Of a stretch of 64,000 nt of DNA, positions 47,568-59,313 are shown in pieces; position 1 is the first letter of the stretch; the number at the start of each line of letters is the position of its first letter. The translations under genes were made by a program, and so were the position numbers. The notes under the pieces were generated by a model that ran no database searches, was not told the origin of the DNA, and saw nothing but the letters and a program-made list of their open reading frames with translations. Location: the NCBI RefSeq assembly GCF_058153355.1, contig NZ_CM177019.1; one strand, 5' to 3'.

Positions 47568-48680
47568 ATGACGGATAATCCGAATAAAAAAACATTCTGG
47601 GATAAAGTCCATCTCGATCCCACAATGCTGCTGATCTTACTGGCATTGCTGGTTTACAGCGCCCTGGTTATCTGGAGCGCCAGCGGTCAGGATATTGGCA
47701 TGATGGAGCGTAAAATAGGCCAAATCGCGATGGGCCTGGTCATCATGGTGGTGATGGCGCAAATTCCTCCACGCGTTTATGAAGGCTGGGCTCCCTATCT
47801 CTACATCATCTGTATTATTTTGCTGGTGGCGGTAGATGCTTTTGGTGCCATCTCTAAAGGCGCTCAACGCTGGCTGGACCTCGGTATCGTTCGTTTTCAG
47901 CCGTCGGAAATTGCCAAAATAGCCGTACCACTGATGGTAGCGCGCTTTATCAACCGCGACGTTTGCCCGCCGTCGTTGAAGAACACAGGCATCGCGCTGG
48001 TGCTGATATTTATGCCCACGCTGCTGGTGGCTGCGCAGCCTGACCTGGGGACATCAATCCTCGTTGCGCTTTCCGGTCTGTTTGTACTGTTCCTCTCTGG
48101 CCTTAGCTGGCGTCTGATTGGCGTCGCAGTAGTGCTGGTGGCGGCGTTCATTCCTATTCTGTGGTTCTTCCTGATGCATGATTACCAGCGCCAGCGCGTA
48201 ATGATGCTCCTGGACCCGGAATCAGACCCACTCGGCGCGGGCTATCATATTATTCAGTCTAAAATTGCTATTGGCTCCGGCGGATTACGCGGCAAAGGCT
48301 GGCTGCACGGTACTCAGTCACAGCTTGAATTTCTCCCCGAACGCCATACTGACTTTATTTTCGCGGTACTGGCGGAAGAGCTGGGATTAGTGGGCATTTT
48401 GATTCTGCTCGCCCTCTACATTCTGCTGATCATGCGCGGGCTGTGGATAGCCGCCAGAGCGCAAACCACCTTTGGTCGCGTCATGGCTGGCGGCTTAATG
48501 CTGATATTATTCGTTTATGTCTTCGTAAATATTGGTATGGTAAGCGGTATTCTGCCGGTTGTAGGGGTTCCGCTCCCACTGGTCAGTTATGGAGGATCGG
48601 CGCTAATTGTGCTGATGGCTGGGTTCGGGATTGTAATGTCAATCCACACCCACAGGAAAATGTTGTCGAAAAGCGTGTAA
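47568..48680 (+). CDS. mrdB: RodA, SEDS-family peptidoglycan polymerase (370 aa)
   Basis: Polytopic SEDS protein immediately downstream of mrdA. Confidence 0.96.
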   Translation: MTDNPNKKTFWDKVHLDPTMLLILLALLVYSALVIWSASGQDIGMMERKIGQIAMGLVIMVVMAQIPPRVYEGWAPYLYIICIILLVAVDAFGAISKGAQRWLDLGIVRFQPSEIAKIAVPLMVARFINRDVCPPSLKNTGIALVLIFMPTLLVAAQPDLGTSILVALSGLFVLFLSGLSWRLIGVAVVLVAAFIPILWFFLMHDYQRQRVMMLLDPESDPLGAGYHIIQSKIAIGSGGLRGKGWLHGTQSQLEFLPERHTDFIFAVLAEELGLVGILILLALYILLIMRGLWIAARAQTTFGRVMAGGLMLILFVYVFVNIGMVSGILPVVGVPLPLVSYGGSALIVLMAGFGIVMSIHTHRKMLSKSV

Positions 48681-48690
48681 GAGGTGCGCA

Positions 48691-49779
48691 ATGCGTAAGC
48701 AGTGGCTCGGGATCTGCATCGCGGCAGGAATGCTCGCGGCATGTACAAGCGATGATGGTCAGCAACAGACGGTAAGTGTACCGCAGCCTGCGGTATGTAA
48801 CGGCCCCATAGTTGAAATTAGCGGGGCGGACCCGCGTTTCGAACCACTGAACGCGACGGCAAATCAGGATTACCAGCGCGACGGTAAAAGCTACAAAATT
48901 GTGCAGGATCCGTCTCGATTTAGCCAGGCGGGACTGGCGGCAATCTATGATGCCGAACCCGGCAGTAACCTGACGGCCTCTGGCGAAGCTTTCGATCCGA
49001 CACAGCTGACGGCGGCCCATCCAACGCTTCCGATCCCCAGCTACGCCAGAATCACTAACCTGGCTAACGGGCGAATGATCGTGGTGCGCATTAATGATCG
49101 CGGTCCTTACGGCAACGACCGCGTTATTTCGCTTTCTCGCGCAGCAGCTGACCGTCTTAACACGTCAAACAACACCAAAGTTCGTATCGATCCGATTATT
49201 GTCGCCCAGGATGGTTCGCTTTCTGGTCCTGGTATGGCTTGTACCACAGTCGCCAAACAGACTTACGCCCTGCCTGCACCTCCCGATTTAAGCGGCGGCG
49301 CAGGAACAAGTTCAGTGTCTGGCCCGCAGGGTGACATTCTTCCGGTCAGTAATTCGACGCTAAAAAGCGAAGATCCGACTGGCGCGCCGGTAACCAGCAG
49401 CGGTTTTCTGGGCGCACCAACGACCTTAGCGCCTGGTGTACTGGAAGGCAGCGAACCGACACCTGCGCCACAGCCCGTTGTTACAGCTCCGGCGACAACG
49501 CCTGCAACCTCGCCTGCAATGGTGACACCGCAAGCCGCCTCGCAAAGCGCTAGCGGCAACTTTATGGTGCAAGTTGGGGCCGTAAGCGATCAGGCGCGTG
49601 CGCAACAGTACCAACAGCAACTGGGACAGAAGTTCGGCGTCCCCGGTCGCGTAACTCAAAATGGCGCGGTCTGGCGGATCCAGCTTGGCCCATTCGCCAG
49701 CAAAGCCGAAGCCAGTACCTTGCAGCAACGTTTGCAAACCGAAGCCCAATTACAGTCATTTATTACCACCGCGCAGTAG
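48691..49779 (+). CDS. rlpA: RlpA, septal lipoprotein with DPBB and C-terminal SPOR domain (362 aa)
   Basis: MRKQWLGICIAAGMLAACT lipobox; Pro/Thr-rich linker; C-terminal SPOR-like region. Confidence 0.95.
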   Translation: MRKQWLGICIAAGMLAACTSDDGQQQTVSVPQPAVCNGPIVEISGADPRFEPLNATANQDYQRDGKSYKIVQDPSRFSQAGLAAIYDAEPGSNLTASGEAFDPTQLTAAHPTLPIPSYARITNLANGRMIVVRINDRGPYGNDRVISLSRAAADRLNTSNNTKVRIDPIIVAQDGSLSGPGMACTTVAKQTYALPAPPDLSGGAGTSSVSGPQGDILPVSNSTLKSEDPTGAPVTSSGFLGAPTTLAPGVLEGSEPTPAPQPVVTAPATTPATSPAMVTPQAASQSASGNFMVQVGAVSDQARAQQYQQQLGQKFGVPGRVTQNGAVWRIQLGPFASKAEASTLQQRLQTEAQLQSFITTAQ

Positions 49780-49785
49780 CGTAAA

Positions 49786-49853
49786 GCAGGCATCTGATGT
49801 GTCAATTTCTGTAAATGACGTTAACAAAGTCACGCGGAAAGTCAGATGCCTGC
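49786..49853. repeat. 12-bp perfect inverted repeat separated by 44 bp in the rlpA-dacA intergenic region
   Basis: GCAGGCATCTGA (49786-49797) and TCAGATGCCTGC (49842-49853). Confidence 0.4.
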
Positions 49854-49918
49854 CGGTAGTGCATTTGCTATAGTAGGGCACTTTTTTTAATTCCATCACG
49901 GATGTCGTAGTTCAGACC

Positions 49919-51130
49919 ATGAATACCATTTTTTCCGCTCGTATCATGAAGCGCCTGGCGCTCACCACGGCTCTTTGCACAGCCTTTATCTCTGCTGCAC
50001 ATGCCGATGACCTGAATATCAAAACTATGATCCCGGGTGTACCGCAGATCGATGCGGAGTCCTACATCCTGATTGACTATAACTCGGGCAAAGTGCTCGC
50101 CGAACAGAACGCAGATGTCCGCCGCGATCCTGCCAGTCTGACCAAAATGATGACCAGTTACGTTATCGGCCAGGCAATGAAAGCCGGTAAATTTAAAGAA
50201 ACTGATTTAGTCACCATCGGCAACGACGCATGGGCCACCGGTAACCCGGTATTTAAAGGTTCTTCGCTGATGTTCCTCAAACCGGGCATGCAGGTTCCGG
50301 TTTCTCAGCTGATCCGCGGTATTAACCTGCAATCGGGTAACGATGCTTGCGTCGCCATGGCCGATTTTGCCGCTGGTAGCCAGGACGCTTTTGTTGGCTT
50401 GATGAACAGCTACGTTAACGCACTGGGCCTGAAAAACACTCACTTCCAGACCGTGCACGGTCTCGACGCTGACGGTCAGTACAGCTCCGCGCGAGATATG
50501 GCGCTGATCGGCCAGGCGTTGATCCGTGACGTACCGAATGAATACTCGATCTATAAAGAAAAAGAATTTACGTTTAACGGTATTCGCCAGCTGAACCGTA
50601 ACGGCCTGTTATGGGATAACAGCCTGAATGTCGACGGCATCAAAACCGGACACACTGACAAAGCAGGTTACAACCTTGTTGCTTCTGCGACTGAAGGCCA
50701 GATGCGCTTGATCTCTGCGGTGATGGGCGGACGTACTTTTAAAGGCCGTGAAGCCGAAAGTAAAAAACTGCTAACCTGGGGCTTCCGTTTCTTCGAAACC
50801 GTTAACCCACTGAAAGTAGGTAAAGAGTTCGCCTCTGAACCGGTTTGGTTTGGTGATTCTGATCGCGCTTCGTTAGGTGTTGATAAAGACGTGTACCTGA
50901 CCATTCCGCGTGGCCGCATGAAAGATCTGAAAGCCAGCTATGTGCTGAACAGCAGTGAATTGCATGCGCCGCTGCAAAAGAATCAGGTCGTCGGTACTAT
51001 CAACTTCCAGCTTGATGGCAAAACGATCGAACAACGCCCGCTGGTTGTGCTGCAAGAAATCCCGGAAGGCAACTTCTTCGGCAAAATCATTGATTACATT
51101 AAGTTAATGTTCCATCACTGGTTTGGTTAA
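49919..51130 (+). CDS. dacA: D-alanyl-D-alanine carboxypeptidase PBP5 (403 aa)
   Basis: Signal peptide, SLTK active-site motif, SGN and KTG motifs, C-terminal amphipathic anchor. Confidence 0.96.
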
Positions 51131-51182
51131 AAATCGAACACTTGAAAGTGTGATTTCCGCCCCCATATACTAAGCATCAGTA

Positions 51183-51216
51183 AAAAACTCCCGCCTTCTG
51201 GCGGGAGTTGCTATTT
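51183..51216 (+). terminator. Candidate terminator downstream of dacA
   Basis: CTCCCGCCTTCTGGCGGGAG hairpin followed by TTGCTATTT. Confidence 0.5.
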
Positions 51217-51239
51217 AATTACGTTACGCCGGAGCTGAC

Positions 51240-51503
51240 ATGAAAACCAAACTTAACGAACTGCTTGAATTCCCTACTCCTTTTACTTACAAAGTTATGG
51301 GGCAGGCGTTACCTGAGCTGGTTGATCAGGTGGTTGAAGTGGTACAGCGCCATGCGCCAGGTGACTACACCCCAACGGTAAAACCAAGCAGCAAAGGCAA
51401 CTACCACTCGGTATCTATCACTATCAACGCCACTCATATTGAGCAGGTTGAAACACTGTATGAAGAACTGGGCAAAATCGATATTGTCCGCATGGTTCTG
51501 TAA
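51240..51503 (+). CDS. ybeD: YbeD, UPF0250 protein (87 aa)
   Basis: [31 protein letters not shown]...; upstream of lipB. Confidence 0.93.
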
Positions 51504-51603
51504 CTCGCGTATTCTTTACCCGGCCCCTGGTCGGGTAACTCCCCTCTCCTCGCTGTGATATACTTTTCCCCCACTTTTACTCATTCTCCACGGAGATGCC
51601 GTT

Positions 51604-52245
51604 TTGTATCAGGATAAAATTCTTGTCCGCCAGCTCGGTCTTCAGCCTTACGAGCCAATCTCCCAGGCTATGCATGAATTCACCGATACCCGCGATGAAA
51701 GTACTCTTGATGAAATCTGGCTGGTCGAGCACTATCCGGTATTCACCCAAGGGCAGGCAGGAAAAGCGGAGCACATTTTAATGCCGGGCGATATTCCGGT
51801 GATCCAAAGCGATCGCGGTGGGCAGGTGACTTATCACGGGCCGGGGCAACAGGTGATGTATGTGTTGCTTAACCTGAAACGCCGTAAACTCGGTGTGCGT
51901 GAACTGGTGACCTTGCTCGAGCAAACAGTGGTGAATACCCTGGCTGAACTGGGTATAGAAGCGCATCCTCGGGCTGACGCGCCTGGTGTCTATGTCGGGG
52001 AAAAGAAAATTTGCTCACTGGGTTTACGTATTCGGCGCGGTTGTTCATTCCACGGTCTGGCATTAAACGTCAATATGGATCTTTCGCCATTTTTACGTAT
52101 TAATCCTTGTGGGTATGCCGGAATGGAAATGGCTAAAATATCACAATGGAGACCCGAAGCGACAACTAATAATATTGCACCGCGTTTGCTAGAAAATATT
52201 TTAGTGCTACTAAACAATCCCGACTTCGAATATATTACCGCTTAA
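51604..52245 (+). CDS. lipB: Octanoyltransferase LipB (213 aa)
   Basis: TTG start; (M)[25 protein letters not shown]...; catalytic Cys region KKICSLG. Confidence 0.93.
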   Translation: MYQDKILVRQLGLQPYEPISQAMHEFTDTRDESTLDEIWLVEHYPVFTQGQAGKAEHILMPGDIPVIQSDRGGQVTYHGPGQQVMYVLLNLKRRKLGVRELVTLLEQTVVNTLAELGIEAHPRADAPGVYVGEKKICSLGLRIRRGCSFHGLALNVNMDLSPFLRINPCGYAGMEMAKISQWRPEATTNNIAPRLLENILVLLNNPDFEYITA

Positions 52246-52504
52246 TTATATACATCAATGGCCCAAATTACACTGGGTCATTACTCATAATACCTGCTAA
52301 TGCTTTACTTCTCCTTCGCGTTTGTATATTTTCTTTATCACTTGCAGAAATGCGATGCAATGCTTCGCTCCGTAACTCACCCCATTGATTAACTTATTGA
52401 AATAGTTGACTATGGTGAGCAAAAGCGTTCCATTCAAATTAGATATAAGATTATTGTAATTTTTTTAAATATTATTTTTCCATGAATAAAATTGGAGTAA
52501 GTGC

Positions 52505-53458
52505 GTGGATAGTAATAATCAAATTGAACCCTGTTTAAGCAGAAAGTCGTCAGAAGGTAAACCACAAATATTTACAACCTTACGAAATATTGATCTTAAC
52601 CTTCTAACTATTTTTGAAGCTGTATATGTACATAAAGGGATCGTTAATGCAGCGAAAGTGCTTAATCTGACCCCCTCGGCAATCAGTCAGTCTATTCAGA
52701 AACTGCGCGTTATATTCCCTGACCCATTGTTTATTCGCAAAGGCCAGGGGGTCACTCCTACCGCATTTGCGATGCATCTACATGAGTATATCAGTCAGGG
52801 CCTTGAATCCATTCTCGGCGCGCTGGATATCGAAGGAACCTATGATAAGCAACGAACGATAACTATCGCGACCACCCCCTCGGTCGGAGCCCTGGTCCTT
52901 CCAGTCATCTATCGCGCGATTAAAACTCATTATCCGCAGCTTTTACTGCGCAACCCCCCTATCAGCGACGCGGAAAGCCAACTCAGTCAGTTTCAAACCG
53001 ATCTCATCATTGATAACATGTTCTGCACCAATCGTACGGTACAACATCATGTTCTGTTCACCGACAATATGGTGTTAATTTGCCGCGAGGGAAATTCGCT
53101 ACTCTCCTTAGAAGATGACAGAGAGACTATCGAAAACGCTGCGCATATACTCCTGTTACCGGAAGGGCAAAATTTCAGCGGTCTGCGGCAGAGAGTTCAA
53201 GAGATGTTTCCGGACCGGCAAATCAGTTTCACCAGCTACAACATTTTGACAATCGCTGCACTGGTTGCCAACAGTGACATGTTAGCGATTATTCCCAGCC
53301 GTTTTTATAACCTGTTTAGCCGTTGCTGGCCGCTGGAAAAACTGCCTTTTCCGTCCTTAAATGAGGAGCAAGTAGATTTCTCTATCCACTACAACAAATT
53401 CAGCCTGCGAGATCCCATCCTGCACGGGGTAATAGATGTTATCCGTAATGCATTTTGA
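52505..53458 (+). CDS. ybeF: YbeF, LysR-type transcriptional regulator (317 aa)
   Basis: GTG start; N-terminal HTH (LNLLTIFEAVYVHKGIVNAAKVLNLTPSAISQSIQKLR). Confidence 0.88.
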   Translation: MDSNNQIEPCLSRKSSEGKPQIFTTLRNIDLNLLTIFEAVYVHKGIVNAAKVLNLTPSAISQSIQKLRVIFPDPLFIRKGQGVTPTAFAMHLHEYISQGLESILGALDIEGTYDKQRTITIATTPSVGALVLPVIYRAIKTHYPQLLLRNPPISDAESQLSQFQTDLIIDNMFCTNRTVQHHVLFTDNMVLICREGNSLLSLEDDRETIENAAHILLLPEGQNFSGLRQRVQEMFPDRQISFTSYNILTIAALVANSDMLAIIPSRFYNLFSRCWPLEKLPFPSLNEEQVDFSIHYNKFSLRDPILHGVIDVIRNAF

Positions 53459-53666
53459 AAAAGTATTGTTACAGCCAGATCACAGCGAAGAACGAAAAAA
53501 TGGCACAATCCAACAACAATTTTACATTTTCGCGACCGCTTTGGCTGCTTTCAGGTCCGTTTCAATGATATACTGCCAGTCGTTAATTCAAAAATAGTTG
53601 ATAATTACAACAATCTATTGAATTGAAACGCTTTCCTTCGTAATTCGCAACTGGAACACGCACGCT

Positions 53667-54632
53667 ATGAGTAAACCCATTGTGATGGAACGCGGTGTTA
53701 AATACCGCGATGCCGATAAGATGGCCCTTATCCCGGTTAAAAACGTGGCAACAGAGCGCGAAGCCCTGCTGCGCAAGCCGGAATGGATGAAAATCAAGCT
53801 TCCAGCGGACTCTACACGTATCCAGGGCATCAAAGCCGCAATGCGCAAAAATGGCCTGCATTCTGTCTGCGAGGAAGCCTCCTGCCCTAACCTGGCGGAA
53901 TGCTTCAACCACGGCACAGCAACGTTTATGATCCTCGGCGCTATTTGTACCCGCCGTTGTCCGTTCTGTGACGTTGCCCACGGTCGCCCGGTAGCTCCGG
54001 ATGCCAATGAACCAGTGAAACTGGCGCAGACCATTGCCGATATGGCGCTGCGTTATGTGGTTATCACCTCCGTTGACCGTGATGACCTGCGCGATGGCGG
54101 TGCCCAGCACTTTGCGGATTGCATTACTGCCATTCGGGAAAAAAGCCCGCAAATCAAAATTGAAACTCTGGTGCCGGATTTCCGCGGTCGTATGGATCGT
54201 GCTCTGGATATTCTGACCGCCACACCACCAGATGTGTTCAACCATAACCTGGAAAACGTACCGCGTATTTACCGTCAGGTACGGCCTGGTGCAGATTACA
54301 ACTGGTCGCTGAAGCTGCTGGAACGCTTTAAAGAAGCGCATCCGGAAATCCCGACCAAGTCTGGTCTGATGGTGGGTCTGGGTGAAACCAATGAAGAAAT
54401 TATTGAGGTAATGCGCGACCTGCGCCGTCATGGTGTGACGATGCTAACGCTGGGGCAATATTTGCAGCCAAGCCGCCATCACCTGCCGGTTCAACGTTAC
54501 GTTAGCCCGGATGAGTTCGACGAAATGAAAGCCGAAGCGCTGGCGATGGGCTTTACCCATGCTGCATGCGGTCCGTTTGTCCGCTCGTCTTACCACGCCG
54601 ATTTGCAGGCGAAAGGGATGGAAGTTAAGTAA
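53667..54632 (+). CDS. lipA: Lipoyl synthase LipA (321 aa)
   Basis: Radical-SAM CPFCDV plus auxiliary cluster cysteines ([12 protein letters not shown]). Confidence 0.97.
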
Positions 54633-54663
54633 TCCTGTAATAATTACTTACATCTGTCTGATA

Positions 54664-54694
54664 AAAAACCCGCTTTTTGAAGCGGGTTTTTTGT
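54664..54694. terminator. Bidirectional rho-independent terminator between lipA and tatE
   Basis: AAAAAACCCGCTTTTTGAAGCGGGTTTTTTG. Confidence 0.7.
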
Positions 54695-54732
54695 ATCGAA
54701 CAAGATATTGAGGGAGCGTCCTGCTCGCCACG

Positions 54733-54936
54733 TCACTCTTTATGAGAGAGCTTTTCAGCCTGAAGATCAACGTCTGCGCCTTTTTTCGCCGCAGCATCGT
54801 CATCATTCATCGCCTTCTTGAACCCTTTAATGGCCGCTCCAAGGTCTCCGCCCAGCGTACGTAACTTCTTAGTCCCAAACAGCAGAACGACCAGCGCCGC
54901 AACTACCAGCAGTTTGGTAATACTAATCTCCCCCAT
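54733..54936 (-). CDS. tatE: Twin-arginine translocase subunit TatE (67 aa)
   Basis: [33 protein letters not shown]... Confidence 0.93.
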   Translation of the reverse strand: MGEISITKLLVVAALVVLLFGTKKLRTLGGDLGAAIKGFKKAMNDDDAAAKKGADVDLQAEKLSHKE

Positions 54937-55064
54937 AGATACCTTCTTGACATATAACCGGCAACAGAACGCGCCTTAAAAACCAGAGAATATTAACGGT
55001 CATTCGACGCGCGCACACAATAGCAATCTGTAACAAGGTGAATCAAGCACCGAGTAAAAAAACA

Positions 55065-55853
55065 TCATAATAATTGTGGCGGCGCAAAACGACGGTTGTT
55101 TAAGACGGGCAGTTGCGCGCGCACCTGACGCACACGTTCGGGCGTCACTTCCGCCATAATGAGTGCAGGCATTTCTGACGCTGCCGCAATGGTGACGCCA
55201 AAGGGATCTATAATCCGGCTTTGCCCGATATTTTTGTTCCCGCACTCCCCCGCCGCCACCATATAACAGGTGGTATCCAGCGCACGAGCGGCAAGCAACG
55301 TTGACCAGTGATGCTCTTTGAGCGGCCCGCGAACCCAGGCGGCAGGAAGTACCAGGATTTCAGCTCCCTGTAATGCCTGTGCCAGCGCCAGCTCTGGAAA
55401 GCGTAAGTCATAACAGGTCATCAGACCGACCTTCATCCCTTCCACCTCCAGTAACGGAGCTATTTCATTACCAGCATCAACATGGCGTGATTCCTGAATG
55501 GCAAATGCATCATAGAGATGCAGTTTGGCATAACGGGCGACGATGTTTCCTGCCTGTAGCGCCACCAGCATATTCCATGCGCGCCCCGGCGTTGAAGGAA
55601 CATGAATCGTCAGAATTGTCGTCATCATGTTACGTTTACTTTCTCGCCGTAAACGTCCGAGGAATTCGCCTTCCAGCAGCTGTGCTGATTTAACCGATAG
55701 ATCTGCATCATGATCATCACGCGCCAACAATGCTTCCGGCAGGACAAACAGCGAAACGTCGTTTTCCGCCGCCTGCGCCATCAACGAGGCACAAATCTCA
55801 GCGTTCTTTTCCCACACAGATGTAACAGCAAACTGTCCTGCGGCAACCAGCAT
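55065..55853 (-). CDS. ybeM: YbeM, nitrilase-superfamily (C-N hydrolase) protein, apparently intact (262 aa)
   Basis: ATG at 55853 after AGGAGGAGGTG gives [10 protein letters not shown]...; uninterrupted nitrilase-like ORF with catalytic-Cys region ([12 protein letters not shown]). Confidence 0.85.
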   Translation of the reverse strand: MLVAAGQFAVTSVWEKNAEICASLMAQAAENDVSLFVLPEALLARDDHDADLSVKSAQLLEGEFLGRLRRESKRNMMTTILTIHVPSTPGRAWNMLVALQAGNIVARYAKLHLYDAFAIQESRHVDAGNEIAPLLEVEGMKVGLMTCYDLRFPELALAQALQGAEILVLPAAWVRGPLKEHHWSTLLAARALDTTCYMVAAGECGNKNIGQSRIIDPFGVTIAAASEMPALIMAEVTPERVRQVRAQLPVLNNRRFAPPQLL

Positions 55854-55948
55854 TGCCACCTCCTCCTGTCAGAGTCGTAAAATTCGCCAACGGCGATTAT
55901 TCGGCGTTACACTTATCACTCATACAAATCAAATAGCAGGATTTTGCA

Positions 55949-56332
55949 GTGTTACAACTTCTTTTAGCAGTTTTTATTGGCGGTGGTACGGGAAGCGTGG
56001 CGAGATGGCTGTTAAGTATGCGATTTAACCCGCTGCATCAGGCGATTCCGATGGGGACGCTGGCTGCAAACCTGATTGGGGCATTCATCATAGGAATGGG
56101 ATTCGCCTGTTTTAGCAGGATGACGAACATTGATCCAGTGTGGAAAGTATTAATCACCACCGGATTTTGTGGCGGTCTAACAACCTTCTCAACATTTTCG
56201 GCAGAAGTGGTGTTTTTGTTACAAGAGGGCCGCTTTGGCTGGGCATTACTGAACGTTTTCGTCAACCTTCTGGGGTCTTTTGCCATGACCGCACTGGCTT
56301 TCTGGCTGTTTTCGGCCTCAACCGCACACTAA
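55949..56332 (+). CDS. crcB: Fluoride channel CrcB/FluC (127 aa)
   Basis: GTG start; four-TM protein [20 protein letters not shown]... Confidence 0.92.
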   Translation: MLQLLLAVFIGGGTGSVARWLLSMRFNPLHQAIPMGTLAANLIGAFIIGMGFACFSRMTNIDPVWKVLITTGFCGGLTTFSTFSAEVVFLLQEGRFGWALLNVFVNLLGSFAMTALAFWLFSASTAH

Positions 56333-56337
56333 AGACC

Positions 56338-56367
56338 AAAAAAAACCCGCTGATTAAGCGGGTTTTG
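56338..56367. terminator. Bidirectional terminator between crcB and cspE
   Basis: AAAAAAACCCGCTGATTAAGCGGGTTTTGAATT. Confidence 0.7.
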
Positions 56368-56385
56368 AATTCTTGCTGACGTATC

Positions 56386-56595
56386 TTACAGAGCGATTAC
56401 GTTTGCAGCAGAAGGGCCTTTGGCACCGTTAGTGATTTCGAACTCTACGCGCTGACCTTCAGCAAGAGTTTTAAAACCATTAGTCTGGATTGCAGAGAAG
56501 TGTACGAACACGTCTTTGCTGCCGTCTTCCGGAGTAATGAAACCGAATCCTTTGGACTCATTAAACCACTTAACGTTACCTTTAATCTTAGACAT
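56386..56595 (-). CDS. cspE: Cold-shock-domain protein CspE (69 aa)
   Basis: [37 protein letters not shown]... (RNP1/RNP2 motifs). Confidence 0.95.
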
Positions 56596-56769
56596 CAAAA
56601 TTACCTTTACATGAAAAATAGACACAAATGCTGTGTCGGTTACCAGTACACCAATTGTGGTACGCTTTGTCCAGTGCAACTTTACTAAAAAGTGATAAAA
56701 GTCGCGTTATTTTTGATGTTAATTATTTTACTCATTGATTTTAAAGAAGTTACTAAAATTTCATTTGTC

Positions 56770-57330
56770 TCAAAACTGAAAGCGCATCCAGGCAAAGTAC
56801 ACATTGCCATTGTTATAGGTACCCGGAATGTAGGTCATCTGAAAAGTCACTGGACCATAACCCACAGAGGCCAATGGCAGTAGAACCGGGAGAGGGATGT
56901 AATTCCAGTTATCGCGTGCCGTTACGCCAGCGGTGAATCCCAGTCCTAAATGAAAATTTTCATCCGCCAGCGGTCGCCAGGTACTTTCCCATCCGTATCC
57001 GGCAATCGGTTCCCATTTGTTCCACGAGTCCTTAAATGCCATGGCATACAGGCCATGCCAGTTTCCTTTTTCATCCCAACGCGACTGACCAAAACCGCCC
57101 CCCCACGGTCGCTCGTTATAGCGATCGGTTTTTTCTTTGTCGTAAGCGAAACGAGCATGCCAGGTGATGGCAGGAATATATAAATCATAATGTTCAGGCT
57201 GTTGCCAGGTTTGTGTAATATTTTCTCCAAACGTTGTCATCCACTCATCTGCGTTAGCTAAAACTTTACCAACGCTGATTAACTGAATAAAAACAAAGGA
57301 AAATATAGAGACATATTTACTCACGTTCAT
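56770..57330 (-). CDS. pagP: Lipid A palmitoyltransferase PagP/CrcA (186 aa)
   Basis: [30 protein letters not shown]... signal peptide and outer-membrane beta-barrel. Confidence 0.93.
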   Translation of the reverse strand: MNVSKYVSIFSFVFIQLISVGKVLANADEWMTTFGENITQTWQQPEHYDLYIPAITWHARFAYDKEKTDRYNERPWGGGFGQSRWDEKGNWHGLYAMAFKDSWNKWEPIAGYGWESTWRPLADENFHLGLGFTAGVTARDNWNYIPLPVLLPLASVGYGPVTFQMTYIPGTYNNGNVYFAWMRFQF

Positions 57331-57919
57331 TTGTGACCATAAAACATTTATCAAAAATCTACTATTAGCATAGCAAAGCTACAATTAACATAACCTTAAT
57401 AGCCCCAACATAAAGAATAATCTGAATAGCTGCTCTATTTATTTCCGCTTGTTTAAGTTAAATATTTCCGCGCATCGATTAAAGATGATGCGTCGTTTTC
57501 TGCGATGGGAATAGTCAAAAAAGAAAAACCAAGTCTTTTTTGATGACAAAATGCAATCAAGGAAAAATTATTTTATTTTTTAACTAGATACAACAATCAT
57601 CTTAACGAAGTATATAATATATATCGTCAACCCATGCTCATGGTAGATTATTTTATGAGCACACAACCGCAGCTAACACCATTGCAATTAACAAATTTGC
57701 ATCAATCCACCATCAATTTACACACATTATTATGTGATAATTGCCAACCGCTAAATATGCGTTTTGTTATCTATGTATAAAAACAGCAACTTCAATGTCT
57801 TAATGGCAGTTTTTCTTGATTTTAATCAGCATTCACCGCCAATTTATTGGGCATATTTTTTTCCTTAAGCTTTAGGAATTTTTTATTATTTACTTTGGGG
57901 CCTGGAGACAGGAAAAATT

Positions 57920-59305
57920 ATGCTGACATTCATTGAACTCCTTATTGGGGTTGTGGTTATTGTGGGTGTAGCTCGCTACATCATTAAAGGGTATTCCGCC
58001 ACTGGCGTGTTATTTGTCGGTGGCCTGTTATTGCTGATTATCAGTGCCATTATGGGGCACAAAGTGTTACCGTCCAGCCAGGCTTCAACAGGCTACAGCG
58101 CCACGGATATCGTTGAATACGTTAAAATATTGCTAATGAGCCGCGGCGGCGACCTCGGCATGATGATTATGATGCTGTGTGGCTTTGCCGCTTACATGAC
58201 CCATATCGGCGCGAATGATATGGTGGTCAAGCTGGCGTCAAAACCATTGCAGTATATTAACTCCCCTTACCTGCTGATGATTGCCGCCTATTTTGTCGCC
58301 TGTCTGATGTCTCTGGCCGTCTCTTCCGCAACCGGTCTGGGTGTTTTGCTGATGGCAACCCTGTTTCCGGTGATGGTAAACGTTGGTATCAGCCGTGGTG
58401 CAGCTGCTGCTATTTGTGCCTCCCCGGCGGCGATTATTCTCGCACCGACTTCAGGGGATGTGGTGCTGGCGGCGCAGGCTTCCGAAATGTCGCTGATTGA
58501 CTTCGCCTTCAAAACGACGCTGCCTATCTCAATTGCTGCAATTATCGGCATGGCGATCGCCCACTTCTTCTGGCAACGTTATCTGGATAAAAAAGAGCAC
58601 ATCTCTCATGAAATGTTAGATGTCAGTGAAATCACCACCACTGCTCCTGCGTTTTATGCCATTTTGCCGTTCACGCCGATCATCGGAGTGCTGATTTTTG
58701 ACGGCAAATGGGGGCCGCAATTACACATCATCACTATTCTGGTGATTTGTATGCTGATTGCCTCCATTCTGGAGTTCATCCGCAGCTTTAATACCCAGAA
58801 AGTGTTCTCGGGCCTGGAAGTGGCTTATCGCGGGATGGCAGATGCGTTTGCTAACGTGGTGATGCTGCTGGTTGCCGCTGGGGTATTCGCTCAGGGGCTT
58901 AGCACCATCGGCTTTATTCAAAGTCTGATTTCTATCGCCACTTCGTTTGGTTCGGCGAGTATCATCCTGATGCTGGTATTGGTGATCCTGACAATGCTGG
59001 CGGCAGTCACGACCGGTTCAGGCAATGCGCCGTTTTATGCGTTTGTTGAGATGATCCCGAAACTGGCGCACTCTTCCGGCATTAACCCGGCGTATTTGAC
59101 TATCCCAATGCTGCAGGCGTCAAACCTCGGTCGTACCCTGTCACCCGTTTCTGGCGTAGTCGTTGCGGTTGCCGGGATGGCGAAAATCTCACCATTTGAA
59201 GTCGTAAAACGCACCTCGGTGCCGGTGCTTGTTGGGCTGGTGATTGTTATCGTTGCTACAGAGCTGATGGTGCCAGGAACGGCAGCCGCGGTCACAGGCA
59301 AGTAA
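57920..59305 (+). CDS. dcuC: Anaerobic C4-dicarboxylate transporter DcuC (461 aa)
   Basis: Polytopic DcuC-family protein of correct length. Confidence 0.93.
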   Translation: MLTFIELLIGVVVIVGVARYIIKGYSATGVLFVGGLLLLIISAIMGHKVLPSSQASTGYSATDIVEYVKILLMSRGGDLGMMIMMLCGFAAYMTHIGANDMVVKLASKPLQYINSPYLLMIAAYFVACLMSLAVSSATGLGVLLMATLFPVMVNVGISRGAAAAICASPAAIILAPTSGDVVLAAQASEMSLIDFAFKTTLPISIAAIIGMAIAHFFWQRYLDKKEHISHEMLDVSEITTTAPAFYAILPFTPIIGVLIFDGKWGPQLHIITILVICMLIASILEFIRSFNTQKVFSGLEVAYRGMADAFANVVMLLVAAGVFAQGLSTIGFIQSLISIATSFGSASIILMLVLVILTMLAAVTTGSGNAPFYAFVEMIPKLAHSSGINPAYLTIPMLQASNLGRTLSPVSGVVVAVAGMAKISPFEVVKRTSVPVLVGLVIVIVATELMVPGTAAAVTGK

Positions 59306-59313
59306 ATAGTCAT

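Noticed and set aside
53583-54431. 282-aa ORF antisense to lipA
   Set aside because: Shadow ORF inside the radical-SAM lipA gene.
55860-55948. Fluoride riboswitch upstream of crcB
   Set aside because: The 89-bp leader lacks the conserved crcB-motif pseudoknot elements; E. coli crcB is not known to carry this riboswitch.
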